64,000 bases of DNA. Origin: Neodothiora populina (Eukaryota). The translations under genes and the position numbers were made by a program. The DNA lies in assembly GCF_041146345.1 (NCBI RefSeq), contig NW_027191404.1, positions 1,860,001 through 1,924,000 of the forward strand. Reading direction: 5' to 3'. Positions 1 to 12,178 of this stretch are shown here, piece by piece. Position 1 is the stretch's first letter. Each line of letters begins with the position of its first letter. Below the pieces are notes generated by a model. That model did no database searches, was not told the origin of the DNA, and saw only the letters and a program-made list of their open reading frames with translations.

Positions 1-1134
1 GAGCTCATCGAGAAGCCGTCTGGATATCATGTCTATCGTGACCCGTTCGGCTCTCTCAAGCACACCGAGGAACTCTTTGCCGCGTTTCCCAATCTCGCAA
101 AGCACGCGCGTCGGCTGTGGTTTAATGGTTTCTATACAGCAAGCACTGATCGCCTGATTCTCTCGGTATTGCGCTCTTGCCGTAAGCTCACTTCCGTCAG
201 CATCCCATGGGCGCTTCTTCGCCACGGCACGGCCGACGAGTGGGCCCATCTCCTCGGCGTTGCTGTACCGGAGGACCCGGCTCTGCAAACCCTCGAGCTG
301 CAAGCCATCGACCTCTCTGCGGTCCAGGAACGTGATTACAACGAGTTGACAATCACAAAACCATTACTCGACCCGCGCGTTGACTTTTCGAACATCAAGC
401 GACTCAAGCTCGTCGGAGACACTACCTGGATGCCCATCACCGATGTCGACCTCATTGCCATGGCATGTACCGCAACAAACCTCGAGGAGCTTCTCGTGAC
501 AAACATGTCGACTGTCACCATCGAGGGTGTCATGGCTTTGATCAAAGCCTCTCAGTCGAGCATTCGCATAATTGAGCATTCGCCACTCAGCAACGACGGC
601 TTCTTCCGCCCCCACCCAGGTGTTACCGCCTCAGGCGAACACATCTGTGAGACTTTGACTCAGAGTCCCAAACTTCGGGATCTGTCTATCAGCGTCCCCA
701 GTGCCTGTGAATGTCTCTTTGCACACGAAGATGTCGCTTGGGAAGGTGAATGCCAAGTGCGTGCCTCCGCACTCTGCGGCACCCCCTGCGAACGACCCAA
801 CAGCGCAGAGACCCAACGTGCCAGAGCTGCTGCCCTGCGCGATATGCTTGATCGCGGTCGCTCTCTCATTTCTGGTCGTGCTCGTCAACGACGTGCACTC
901 GACATTGAGTTCTTCTTTGCCGAGTGCATCTTCGACCTGCGCGATTGCGTTGTCCACGGCGACTTTGCGCTTGCCGAGATCTCGTCTGGTGGCAGATGGC
1001 CACTTCTCAAGACCTCGTCCCCCAAAGGGCCCTACGGAACCACTGGTCTCTACGGCAAGGACGAAGGCACCTGGGACATCATTTCCGAGGCCGAGTTCTT
1101 CACTGCAGTCGAGAAGGGCTGGTTGAGGATTTGA
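1..1134 (+). CDS. Conserved fungal RNI-like/leucine-rich-repeat (F-box-associated type) protein, 5' end outside window
   Basis: Frame 1 is open from base 1 (ELIEKPSGYHVY...RRLWFNGFY) to TGA 1134. It has LRR/RNI-like Leu patterns (LQTLELQAIDL, IKRLKL, NLEELLV, KLRDLSI) and coding-like codon usage. Confidence 0.7.
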   Translation, partial: ELIEKPSGYHVYRDPFGSLKHTEELFAAFPNLAKHARRLWFNGFYTASTDRLILSVLRSCRKLTSVSIPWALLRHGTADEWAHLLGVAVPEDPALQTLELQAIDLSAVQERDYNELTITKPLLDPRVDFSNIKRLKLVGDTTWMPITDVDLIAMACTATNLEELLVTNMSTVTIEGVMALIKASQSSIRIIEHSPLSNDGFFRPHPGVTASGEHICETLTQSPKLRDLSISVPSACECLFAHEDVAWEGECQVRASALCGTPCERPNSAETQRARAAALRDMLDRGRSLISGRARQRRALDIEFFFAECIFDLRDCVVHGDFALAEISSGGRWPLLKTSSPKGPYGTTGLYGKDEGTWDIISEAEFFTAVEKGWLRI

Positions 1135-2395
1135 TGTCGCCTATCTGGCTGCACTCAATCCTCAATGCTCGCTCTTGCTCAGTCCTCGGCGCTACCTGCT
1201 ATTTCCTTCTTTCTTTCTATGTTTAATCTCAACGAACAACGACCCACAACGCCGTCGACGGAAGAAAGATTTTCTTCTTTTGCCCGTCCAACAGACGACG
1301 GCTAACGACAAAAAGCTGTACTCATTATACGAAACACACATGACTGCACCAACATCATCTTCCTAGCGTTCAAGCATTTCTTGAGAAGATTTCAGCGAAT
1401 GGGGAGGACACATTTGATCCATACAAAAAAAAGTCGAGCTTTTTCTTTGGTCTTGCTGCATCTGCATCTGCTGCTTGCAGCTCCGATACCTTTTTTTCCT
1501 GCTTGTCTTTTTCTGATTACTCGTTTCCATGCATCTGTATTATGCTCCCAGTCATCGTATCTGTTGCTGTTGCTTCTTGTTCTTTTCTCCTCCTTTTTCA
1601 AGCGCGGATATCCCAGCGACGGAGAATCATTTTACGGAGCCCTTTTCTTTCTATCATCTGGTTGCTATTATTGTGATTGTTATCATCTCTCATCTCTTGT
1701 TTCTTGCTTTGCTCACTGTTAATGCATGGCGTTCTTGGAGGGGATGATTCTCGTGCGAGCTTGATCCCCTGTATGTTTGTTTCTTGTCATTTTCTGGGTT
1801 ATTGTCCTGCGCGTTCTTTTGTCGCTGCTACTTTGCGTGTGTAGCTAGCTGTTCAGCAGGAGGAAGGGGTTTTCCAATCTTTGCCTATGCAGCGCTAGGC
1901 ATGCAGATACAGACTCGGCCCCTTTCGGTCAGAAACGAAAATATCACAAGATTTGAAAAACAAACAAGACGATTCGTGAGACTCATGTGGAGATGATCTC
2001 GAGTTTCTTTTCTCGTGGTGAATGTGATGGTTTTCATGTCATGTGGTAGGTGGCTATGAGTTCTGCGCCATCGCTGGCTTGCTTGGTCTGCTACTGCTTT
2101 TAGGATTGGTCTTGAGGATATAAATTTGCATCAATCAATGTACGTGGATACTCTTTTTCCTGCTTTGTCCTTGCTGTTATCTCATATTATGGGTATGCTT
2201 TCCTTTTTCTTTTTCTTTTTCTCGTTTTGTTCTATGGAGCGAGCTCGTTGGATTCCAAAATGACATGCTCGGGATCTGTATAATGCTCTCGTGATAAGAG
2301 CCATTCGTCCAGAAGCCCAGAAATGACAACATCTCTCTTGCTCCCCAAATCGACAGCCAAATCCAGCTGAAGGTTGGAATTGCTTTGATGAAAAA

Positions 2396-3264
2396 TCAAG
2401 TCTCCTTCTTAGCAGCAGCCAAATGCCACTCAAAGACCTTCCTGAAGATGCCCTTGCCACCCTGCTCTATGACCTCTCCATGGCAAGGGATCAAACGATC
2501 AAAGTCCCAAGCGTCGATTCTGGCAATACTCTTGTTGAAGGCAGCTCTATCGCCCGAACTGACACCATACCACAAGAAGCGCTTCTGCCACGTCGCGCTG
2601 CCCTGCGTGCTGCCGATGGCATTGAACATCTTCGTCAAGAAGCCCGTGGTAGGCGACTCGTCCGTCTTGGACATTTGCTCGTGCGCAGGCAGATTGAACA
2701 GCAGATCGGCCTCGATCAGCGTGCGCGAAGGGCGGTGATTAAACACCAGCTCCTTGTTCTGATGCGCATGGACGTACTCTGCGTCGAACTCGTTGTCGAA
2801 GGCGTCGTCGATTTCCAGGCTTGCGGCATCGTTCGTCTTGAACAGGTTCGTCCACGGCAGCGGTTTGCCTTGCTTTTCGCGCTTGGCTTTGAGCTCCTCG
2901 GGTCCGATGAGTCGCGCTTCAGGGAACGCCTTGTGCCAGTCATCCATGAAGATGTGGTGTTCGGCGTCGTTGGCGCATATGTATTTCACCGTGCCCATTG
3001 CTGAGATGGTCTTGTGCACCTCTGGGGTCAGGGCCACGGGCGAGAAGCACGCTACTGTTCCGTTTTGGAGGCGCACTGTGGATTGATGGTCAGTAGATGA
3101 TGGTGATGCGGAGGTGGGTTTCTCGTCTTACCCAATGTCGCTCTTCCTCCAAACTTGATCCTGCCGAATCGCAGAAAGGGCACTGATAGAGTGACAATCT
3201 CAGGTGTCACATTGCGAATTACCATGACCTTGTCAGGGTTCGCGGGGATGAGTTTCGACGACAT
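2396..3264 (-). CDS. DUF4336-family metallo-beta-lactamase-like hydrolase (2 exons, intron 3076-3131)
   Basis: MSSKLIPANPDKVMVIR...GGRATL|VRLQNG joined by a GT..CAG intron. Motifs NDAEHHIF, LIEADLLFNLP and WDFDRLIPCHGEVI. Confidence 0.8.
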
Positions 3265-4156
3265 GTCTTCGTCTTGATCGTTGAGCTTAGCGTTTCGATC
3301 GAGTGGATGTCCAGAAAACAAAAAGCGATAAAAGCAACCGTGTGGAAGTTGAGTTGTCAAAGTTATTGGCAGCAGGCAGCATATATAGCTGTGGTGATGA
3401 CGTCGATAAGCGTTTCCCCCTCACCAGACTATTTCGCATGGGACAAGGCAAGGTACAGGTATATACAGTAAGCCAATAATTCGACCGTGACCTTCAGACT
3501 CTATGAAAGATTGCAACGTTATTTCGGCAACTCGGAATGCCGTGACTAGACAGGACACCGAAGGGCTATCCTCGAAAGGGTCCCTCCGACTTCGAAACAA
3601 ACACACGTCTCCAGTATTTGTAATCGCATTCTCTCACACTCTCACAGTACAGCACTTCGCAAGCTCTACCAGAAATAATAAAAGCATCCGACCCTTGAAA
3701 AGCGCGCTAAGGCTGATCTGACGGGCACTAAAATCTGCTCACGATTCATGGCTTTCCCCAGATATTACTGTATCTCGCAATCCAGAATATTCGGGGATTG
3801 GCTTGCGAGCAATAATCATATCACAAAGCTTCGAAGGAGCATTAATTCGGAAGTCATTGCATCCGAGCCCGGTAGCAGAGGTCATGGTTTCTCGCGGAGA
3901 CATGGCGGATTTCACTTTTGATCTGTGTGGATAGATGGTACTAACAATGGCACTAATGGCGTGCTTCCAGCTTCTTAGCATTTGCAACATAAATCTGCGA
4001 CTGATCTATGCTGCGATTTGCGACCATATATGGCATATCCTAGCTTGGTGGCATCGGTACCGAATCTCTGCGCACGCGTTCCTGATGTCCTGTATCAACA
4101 GCCTTGCAAGGCGCATGGCTGTACACCGCTGTGCAGTGTATCTTCAATCTCATCAA

Positions 4157-6325
4157 TCAAGACATGACAGCGACCGGGGCTATATTTTCCTTCGTGCTAG
4201 CCCGACAACTGCGACATCGCCATCCGGGCTTTCGTTTCGACAGCCCCATGCATTGAAGATGAAATTCACTACGAGGGCAGTTGATGTTGGCACAATAGAT
4301 GATCGCTCTGGCTACGGTGCAAGGCTTGCCGCATATACATAGGCCAACGCGTAGGCGGGACGGCTGGGGCGCTCCAGCAGCCCTTTTCTTGCTTTCGCTT
4401 GTAGCACTGTTACGAGGACCTTGCGGTGCTCTTGCCTGCTCTGTAATTCTTGTATCTTGAAATGTACCATCTGAATGAAGCAGGGTGTCTTCAGACAATA
4501 GATTCAGCATGACCACACATTTGTTCTTCCATTCCGATGAGATTTGACCACCGAGTTCCAAATGATGCAGCTTGGTCTCGAAAGCTGCACGCATGTCTGG
4601 TCGACAGAGAACATTGGCACGCTTGCGAATGAAGCGCACGATTGCGTGAGGCAGGTAGCGATCTCCGAGGGGAACCTCCGACTTCATGTGTGCATTATAC
4701 ATCAGCATGATGCGCCTGGCAGCGGTAGATCCGAGTGACATAGGTCGATTGGCAATTCGCCGATCGAGCCAGGAGTCGTCGATGTCGTCGTCGCTCTCCT
4801 CGAGCATCTCGTCGGGCTCAACGTATCTTTTTGATGATGCCCGGAAGAATGTCACACCTGGAACGTCTGGTACTTTGAAAGCCTTTCTGCGCTTCACTGG
4901 CAGATCTGGGACATGAAGGGTCAGCTCGGCCACATCGATCGGCATAGGAGTCGTGGACGCGTCTGGTGTTGGGTATAAGTCAGCGGCGCTAGCATCATCC
5001 TGCGAGGGCTCTGGACTCGGCTTTTTCGGCACTAGCGACGTGGTCTTGACCCATGATCTATTTCCCTCATCCAGATATTTTCTCATATCAAAGGGATTTG
5101 TCGGTGCGATCCATTCGAATTCTTGCTCATCCAAGAACTGGTCCTGCTTCTGCTCGGCTGAAGGATCCGCAACGTCAATCTTAATGACCTTCTGGATCAT
5201 GCCATCCGTCTGCGGAACCCCATGCATGACAGTGTAATGAAAATGTTCATGATGTGTGAGATAGTGAAAGCGTAGATGGTCGAACGATGACAGAGGATAG
5301 GTGGATTGGCAGAAAGTGCATCTGAAACCGCGCTCGGTCTTGCTTCTCATCTGAGAGGTGTCGCCCGTGTAAATATAGTTGATTGAATATCCTGGTTCGA
5401 TCCCTGTAGTCGACTCTGACTTGTCGTCCACTTCCATGCTTGATTCATTGTTAACAGGATCTGTTGCTCCATGGACTCGCTGTAGTGCACTCAGGACTGG
5501 TAAGGACCAGAAAAAGTCCGCTCGGAGTCTCCATTTCTCGAGAGGCTGACGGTCACGACCTCTGCAAAACGACACGTTCATAAGGTAGTCGACATCAGGA
5601 CAGTCTGGCAGCTTCTTCCACGTCGCACATAGCTCGAGGTGGTTTAATTGTGGGCGGGAAGTGTCATCGCCGTCCCTGATTTCGGCTTCGAACTCCTCAG
5701 CGTGCTCTATTTTGTCGAAGGTATATGTGAGCTCAAGCACGTTAGCCGCGAAATCGCCATCCTTCCGCTTCCTGCCCGCATAGAACTTGTCCGCGTCGAA
5801 ATGGAATGGGGCATCAATATACGACTCGAACCTCACTTGGCCCTCAATGTCGATTATTCTTGTCAATTTGCCATCATGTGTTCTCTGGTAAGGCATGAAT
5901 TCTTCACTTCGCTCGGTTGAATAGATCCTACAATTCACCGAGCAAGGAAACACTGTTCTTCCAGGCACTGGTAGCCATTTCGGATCTGGAACTTCAACAA
6001 CCCCCTCGGCTGCATAGCTAACGTCTCTCCTCTCCAAGGCTTTCGGTAGGACTTCTAGACGTATAGGAGCTGATTGCTCAATGGCTTTCTCGAGCTGCCC
6101 CTCGTCCGGCGCGTTGAAGGTCGATCGCCGCCTCCGTCGCGTTCCCGATGCTGGAAGCGAAGGTCTCCGGGAACCTTCCGTGGTTATTTCCTGCAGATAG
6201 CTTGCATGGCTGTCAAGGGCTTGTCGAATATTCCTTTGCAAGAACGAGACGCGCCCATTGTCGCGGATGGACTTGTAGAGCGATATTGAGTCGGCGTAGC
6301 GTCGGAAATCATCCGGTGAGTTCAT
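4157..6325 (-). CDS. suz12: Polycomb PRC2 subunit Su(z)12-like protein (C2H2 finger + VEFS box) with C-terminal PHD-type finger
   Basis: N-terminal FLQRNI motif, C2H2 finger CTFC..FDHLRFHYLTHH, VEFS-box FFRASSKR...EESDDDIDDSWL, and C-terminal CIC..C..C..H..C..W.C..C. The start ATG is uncertain. Confidence 0.75.
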   Translation of the reverse strand: MNSPDDFRRYADSISLYKSIRDNGRVSFLQRNIRQALDSHASYLQEITTEGSRRPSLPASGTRRRRRSTFNAPDEGQLEKAIEQSAPIRLEVLPKALERRDVSYAAEGVVEVPDPKWLPVPGRTVFPCSVNCRIYSTERSEEFMPYQRTHDGKLTRIIDIEGQVRFESYIDAPFHFDADKFYAGRKRKDGDFAANVLELTYTFDKIEHAEEFEAEIRDGDDTSRPQLNHLELCATWKKLPDCPDVDYLMNVSFCRGRDRQPLEKWRLRADFFWSLPVLSALQRVHGATDPVNNESSMEVDDKSESTTGIEPGYSINYIYTGDTSQMRSKTERGFRCTFCQSTYPLSSFDHLRFHYLTHHEHFHYTVMHGVPQTDGMIQKVIKIDVADPSAEQKQDQFLDEQEFEWIAPTNPFDMRKYLDEGNRSWVKTTSLVPKKPSPEPSQDDASAADLYPTPDASTTPMPIDVAELTLHVPDLPVKRRKAFKVPDVPGVTFFRASSKRYVEPDEMLEESDDDIDDSWLDRRIANRPMSLGSTAARRIMLMYNAHMKSEVPLGDRYLPHAIVRFIRKRANVLCRPDMRAAFETKLHHLELGGQISSEWKNKCVVMLNLLSEDTLLHSDGTFQDTRITEQARAPQGPRNSATSESKKRAAGAPQPSRLRVGLCICGKPCTVARAIIYCANINCPRSEFHLQCMGLSKRKPGWRCRSCRASTKENIAPVAVMS

Positions 6326-6666
6326 GTTATCCAAAGACCCCGTTGTCTTATTCAAGTGAGTTACAATCGCTCAGCGATGATGAAACATGCATGTAGTTCT
6401 CACTGCTGACAGAGCCTCAAATTCATGGTTGCACTTGATTTTGATCTTTCAAGACAACCGACACATTAGAATTAGACTCCTTGCGACAGCAGCACTATAA
6501 CCATGACGTCTGGCAGGCCGCCGTCTTACGTGTGATGTCTCTATCGTAAGATATAAAGTCAATACCTCGCAGATGTTTTGCCGTGTAGACGCACACTACC
6601 CATGGGAATCACCTGCACTACGATCTCGACTGTATACACGTTGAATAGTCCTAGGTAAGGTAAGCG

Positions 6667-6683
6667 ACGCGTAGTGAACGCGA
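6667..6683. promoter_or_regulatory. MCB-like elements (ACGCGT + ACGCGA) upstream of suz12
   Basis: ACGCGT at 6667-6672 and ACGCGA at 6678-6683, about 340 nt upstream of the putative start. Confidence 0.3.
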
Positions 6684-7163
6684 CATGAATATGTGGTCTG
6701 TGCACAAAAATATTTTGACCAAATACAGTACAGCACCAACAGTATTGCACTAGGCAAGGTACGCTGTATAATGCAGTAAATCCATTCCTTATCATGGTCT
6801 CTATGATCCGAACTAAGGACGAATCACATATCATGCGCGAGTGTTTGACTAGGATGACTTGTTTCATGATGTAGTATATTGGAATATTTCAGCTAGTTTT
6901 GACTGTACTAGTGAAATATATGGAAGCATAGAAAGTGCTGCACTTCTTCTGTACTGTCAAAGGAGATAGGCACTCGATCACTAGTCGTCGCCACAAGCCC
7001 TGAATCGAAAGGACGAGAAGCCACATCTGTATGATACGTTCTGAGTACTCTTATGCCTGGACTTTCCCACCCTCATGATCGATACAAACCATCAGAGGAT
7101 AAGTTGTCTACATGAGTTACGCTTGTTGCGTCGTGAATCGTATATACAGTCCAGTGAGAATAC

Positions 7164-7607
7164 TCAGCTTGCGCCCGTATCGATTGATCGTCTCAATTGG
7201 TAAACAGTCTCAGGCGTCAAGGGAGGGGCAATGCCCTGTCGTGTCATGTGCTGGTAATTCGCCATGACGAAGTTCATCAGATCGATCGGCTGGAAACAGC
7301 GAAGTATTTGCAGATTGATTTCTGGTGGAAATGGCAGAAGCTGAAAGTGTGTCGGTATTCTCGTTTGTCTCACGAGATAGGAGATCCGGGCCGACGACAG
7401 CGTCGGCGCCAGGCCGTATGCACGAAGAAGCGGATAATTCGCGAAGACAAAGTTGATGAAAGCGTCTGTACCAAGGTTAGCACGGTGTGCGAAAGGGTAC
7501 GACATGATTCAGCTACCTGGAGGCAACATATCAACAATGTCAAGAACTAACTCGGCAGGTAAGGTGTAGAAGGGATGGAGAAACACCTGTACGTCAGGTC
7601 CGCTCAT
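7164..7607 (-). CDS. Small (130 aa) protein made of two tandem F-box-like repeats (intron 7466-7516)
   Basis: A GTAGCT..GCTAAC..CAG intron joins MSGPD..FYTLPAELVLDIVDMLPP to DAFINFVFANY. Second repeat: LLPFPPEINLQILRCFQPIDLMNFVMANY. Confidence 0.7.
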
Positions 7608-7711
7608 GTTCTCATCTGCCAGATCACGATGGTAATGGCAAGATGAGACTTTGTAGAACACGCCTAAGACAGCGCTGTCGGGGGCGTATCGATGCACAAG
7701 CAGAAATGGTC

Positions 7712-8517
7712 TCACTCGATGTGCTTCTTGCGCTGAGAGACGCCTTCCAAGATTCTCCAGATGTATTGGGATATGAGCGAAGCGCCTACGGCTAGTACGG
7801 CTATATAGCCTGCCGTAGGTAGGAGTGATTGGGGGAAGATGTTGAAAAGATAGGGATCCAAGACTAGCGAGAGATTAGTCGGTGACCAGTCATTATCGTC
7901 CGAGTATCTTACTGATATCGACTTTCACGGGAGGAGGGTTCTGCATCAATTGTTGATCGGCAGCGTAAAAGTCGGCAGCAGACCAGACACGAAGGAGCAG
8001 AGCTGATTGCGTGGTAGCGGAATCTTGCACGGCCGGATCCGAGGCTCTGCTCAGTAGATCCTCTTGACGGTCTTCTACGTATGCGGCGAGATCTTGCAGC
8101 AGAGACGGAGTCTCAAGAACATGAATGATACTATATGTCTCTAGCCAGAATTCGGTAGGTGACTAAGAATGCATCAGCGGAGCATCAAAGAAGAGCATCG
8201 GGCAGGGAATGCAACAAACTTACAGTAGCAGGCCAGCATACGCGGACTTCGTACCGTTGCCCTTCCTGTAGTGATTGAAGTAGATACCACGATTGTGGAC
8301 CACGGGGGTTCTCATCGGTAGGAAAGGCTACGGGTAGCAGAACTTGCTGAACAAGGTGCGTCGGAGTGATTGTATCAAGTGACAGATCTAGCAGGCCAGG
8401 ACGGGCATCTCCCAGAGTGATATTCCGGGGAGCAGTGAAGATGACTTTCTCTGTGTTTGCTGTGGCGGATGCTGACAAGAAAGCAATGGCTAGCAGACAT
8501 GTGCGTAGAAGCATCAT
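7712..8517 (-). CDS. PGA1: GPI mannosyltransferase II co-activator Pga1-like protein (3 exons)
   Basis: Signal peptide, then NTEKVIF, WYLL..L..GQRYEVRVCWPAT|SPTEF, DFY, VKVDI|LDPYLFNIFP and a C-terminal TM segment. Two canonical GTAAG..TAG introns; stop TGA at 7712-7714. Confidence 0.75.
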
Positions 8518-8933
8518 CGACAGGTGTGTTGGTTCATCAGATCAAGAAGGTTGCTCTTCACGTAAATCACATGCTTGACCAGGTGGTGGGAGTTGAAGAT
8601 TGAGGTTGGACTGGAAGAATTAGAACCAGTGAGGATTACTTGTACCACACGGCGGACAACAAGGTATCTAGACTGGCGATCATGCAAGGGACATACAGAA
8701 GTGATGGACAGACTTGCGGCACATGAGAATTGAAGACTACAGTCGTGTGCTTGTGCACGGTATTACTGTACAGTATACTAAGATACTGTAGTATCTAGAG
8801 TGCAGCAAGGTAAGGTAGGTAGGCTTGCTTGGCGTTGGTCTATTATGATTAGCCGGCCTGGCCCTAGCCTTATTGTTGTTGTGAAGTGGAGGGGCAAAGC
8901 GAGAGCAAAGCAGCTGTGCAGCACAGAAATCAG

Positions 8934-8968
8934 ACAATCAAACAATCAAACAATCAAACAATCAAACA
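8934..8968. repeat. (CAATCAAA)x4 tandem repeat upstream of alpha-tubulin
   Basis: Read directly from the sequence. Confidence 0.9.
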
Positions 8969-9195
8969 GGGGCAAGCGCAGACAACGCCAAGAGCGCGAG
9001 CACAGGCCGTCTAAACAACAGGCCCACACTTGCAAACAACAAGCGTGAAGCCCATCTTCGCTCCCTTCCTTGACCCAGCAGAGACCGTTTCGATTCGACA
9101 ATCAGGCCGACCTGTTACCACCGACTCTCTAATTGATCCGTCTTCTCCTTCTCTTCTATTACAGAAAGCATATCTCGGTTCCAGGTCCATTCAAG

Positions 9196-11038
9196 ATGCG
9201 TGAAGTCATTAGTTTGAACGGTATGTTAACCTGTCCACGGCCATGTTGATGTGTGCTCGACGCGCTTGACCGCTGCCGTCCCCCTTCATGCGCAATCATT
9301 TGTTGACAGCATCGAATGCTGACATTTCACGCGTACAGTCGGTCAGGCCGGTTGCCAGATCGCCAACTCGTGCTGGGAGGTGAGCAATACCACATGGAAA
9401 AGAGCTTGACCAGCGGCAGTCTGCTATCCTGCTGCCTCGGGGAAAGCTTTAAGGGGCTAGACTGACATTTCGAGCTATAGCTCTACTGCCTCGAGCACGG
9501 CATCCAGGTAAGTCAATGGCAACCCTCTGTCATATATGATCCAGTAATTCTCTTCTGACACGACCCCACAGCCCGATGGATACCTCACCGAGGAGCGCAA
9601 GAACGCAGACGATGACCATGGATTCTCCACTTTCTTCTCCGAGACTGGTACGATGACCCCAGGCCGACTCATCCATCCATCCCCTTTCGCTCACTGTCTC
9701 TCGCCTTGCTAACCTGCTGTGCCAACCATCAGGCAACGGCAAGTACGTGCCCCGCACCATCTACGCCGATCTCGAGCCCAACGTCGTCGACGAGGTCCGC
9801 ACCGGTGCCTACCGCAGCCTTTTCCACCCCGAGCAGATGATCACTGGCAAGGAGGATGCCTCAAACAACTATGCTCGTGGCCACTACACCGTCGGCAAGG
9901 AGCTCATCGACCAGGTCCTTGACAAGGTCCGGAGAGTCGCAGACAACTGCTCCGGTCTCCAGGGGTTCCTCGTCTTCCACTCCTTCGGTGGTGGTACCGG
10001 TTCTGGATTCGGTGCCCTTCTCATGGAGCGCCTCTCCGTCGACTACGGCAAGAAGAGCAAGCTTGAGTTCTGTGTCTACCCTGCTCCTCAGGTCGCCACC
10101 TCCGTCGTCGAGCCTTACAACTCCATCCTCACCACCCACACCACCCTCGAGCACTCCGACTGCTCCTTCATGGTCGACAACGAGGCCATCTACGACATCT
10201 GCCGCCGCAACCTCGGCATCGAGAGACCCAACTACGAGAACTTGAACAGACTCATCGCCCAGGGTATGTACTGATCCCGGCCCTGGACGGCTTGACAAGC
10301 ATGTTACTGTACTGACAATTTCCGCAGTCGTCTCTTCCATCACTGCATCTCTCCGTTTCGATGGTTCCCTCAACGTCGATCTCAACGAGTTCCAGACCAA
10401 CCTCGTGCCTTACCCCCGTATCCACTTCCCTCTCGTCGCATACGCTCCCGTTGTGTCAGCCGCCAAGTCTGCACACGAGGCCAACTCGGTCCAGGAGATC
10501 ACCATGTCGTGCTTCGAGCCTAACAACCAGATGGTCAAGTGTGACCCCCGCAACGGCAAGTACATGGCCACTTGCCTGCTCTACCGCGGTGACGTCGTCC
10601 CCAAGGACGTCCACAGCGCCGTCGCCACCCTCAAGACCAAGCGTACCATCCAATTCGTCGACTGGTGCCCTACTGGTTTCAAGATTGGTATCTGCTACCA
10701 GCCTCCCCAGAACGTGCCCAACGGAGATCTCGCCAAGGTCAACCGTGCCGTGTAAGTCTTTGATTGTCGTACCGAAAGTCTTTGGAACACTGCTAATTCT
10801 CTGGTCCAGCTGCATGCTCTCAAACACCACCGCCATCGCCGAGGCATGGTCTGCTCTTAGTCACAAGTTCGACCTCATGTACTCCAAGCGCGCTTTCGTC
10901 CACTGGTATGTTGGTGAGGGTATGGAGGAGGGTGAGTTCTCTGAGGCTCGCGAGGACCTTGCTGCCCTCGAGCGCGACTACGAGGAGGTCGCCGCCGACT
11001 CGGTCGAGGGCGAGGAGGGCATCGAGGCCGAGTACTAA
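9196..11038 (+). CDS. tubA: Alpha-tubulin (7 exons)
   Basis: [41 protein letters not shown] signature and C-terminal EEGIEAEY. Six canonical introns. Confidence 0.98.
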
Positions 11039-12178
11039 GCGGTCTGAGGCGTATTGGCCGATTCGGGGCCGGGCAGTGGCTGCCGCCTTTTCGTATTGTC
11101 TTCTGAACGTCACAGCGGTCTTGAGGACCTTTTCTTCTCCCAAGACTTGTCAGACCATTAGAGCCGACCGCTCATGCCGAAATGCTTGTGTCTTTGATGA
11201 GCGTTCCAAAGCTATGCTTTTTATTGGGGAGTAATTCAAACGTGTTTTTGTTCTTGTTCAATATTTCTACGACACTGCGGGTTTTCCACTTGTGAGAGCA
11301 TGTTTTGAGTCATGTTTCGAGAAGTAAGAGTTGCTCGTAGTGGCACGCTTTGTAGTATATTTTGATGTAAAGCACTGCACTGCGAGAGTGTCGTGTAGAC
11401 GTGACCGTTTGAAGAACGGCGACTACCACCTCCTGAAACTCGAGGACACTACAAACACTCGTTGCCCCAATGAGACGCATCCTTGAGAGTTGTACAACGG
11501 CAATCCACGCACAGCTGCGGTACGTACCCGCATAGTCCCAGCTACTGTACCTTACCTTACTGTGTGGTGAGGCACTGCACGAGGTGTGCTACGGTAGGGT
11601 ATGGTACGGTATCACAGCCTGATCAACCCGAGTTGAAGAGTAAGGTAAGTGTGGGCCGCCGACTTTGTTGCCCGAGTCAGCGCGGGCAACACCCGTACAC
11701 GTATATAGTACACGGTGACAGCAGCGCCAGCGAGAAGGCGATACGTCACTGCACGAGTGGGCTTTTGTGATGGCGCAGCGACATGACCTGAAGCAGCAAA
11801 GCCACAACGTGAGGCATCGGTGAAAGCAGGTGACTAAAAGCACTAACGGTATGGTCGTCTTTGGATATCAACTGTTACAAGTACTCGGTGAAGGGTCCCA
11901 GCTCCTTGGTCTCTAGTTCTTTGTTCTTTTTCTTAATCACATGTAACTGTACACCACATCTTCTCTCGAGGAATATTGTACCTCACCGCACGCTCAGCCT
12001 CCTTCTTCCCCCCACTCCAACAAAGCTGACGGCACTGCTATTTCGCCGTTCACTGCGTGAATCCGCCGAGCACTCTCTTCTACCTTCGGTCTCGGGCTCA
12101 TTCGTATACCTGACAAGCTCAAATCACAACCGCCCAAGAGCAGAGAGTCCTGTCTTGTACTGATCTCGAAGCGCAATA

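Noticed and set aside
7660..7715. GTGAGA donor overlapping the PGA1 stop, as a route to a PGA1/F-box fusion
   Set aside because: The two nearby acceptors I tested (TTAG, GCAG) both give out-of-frame or stop products.
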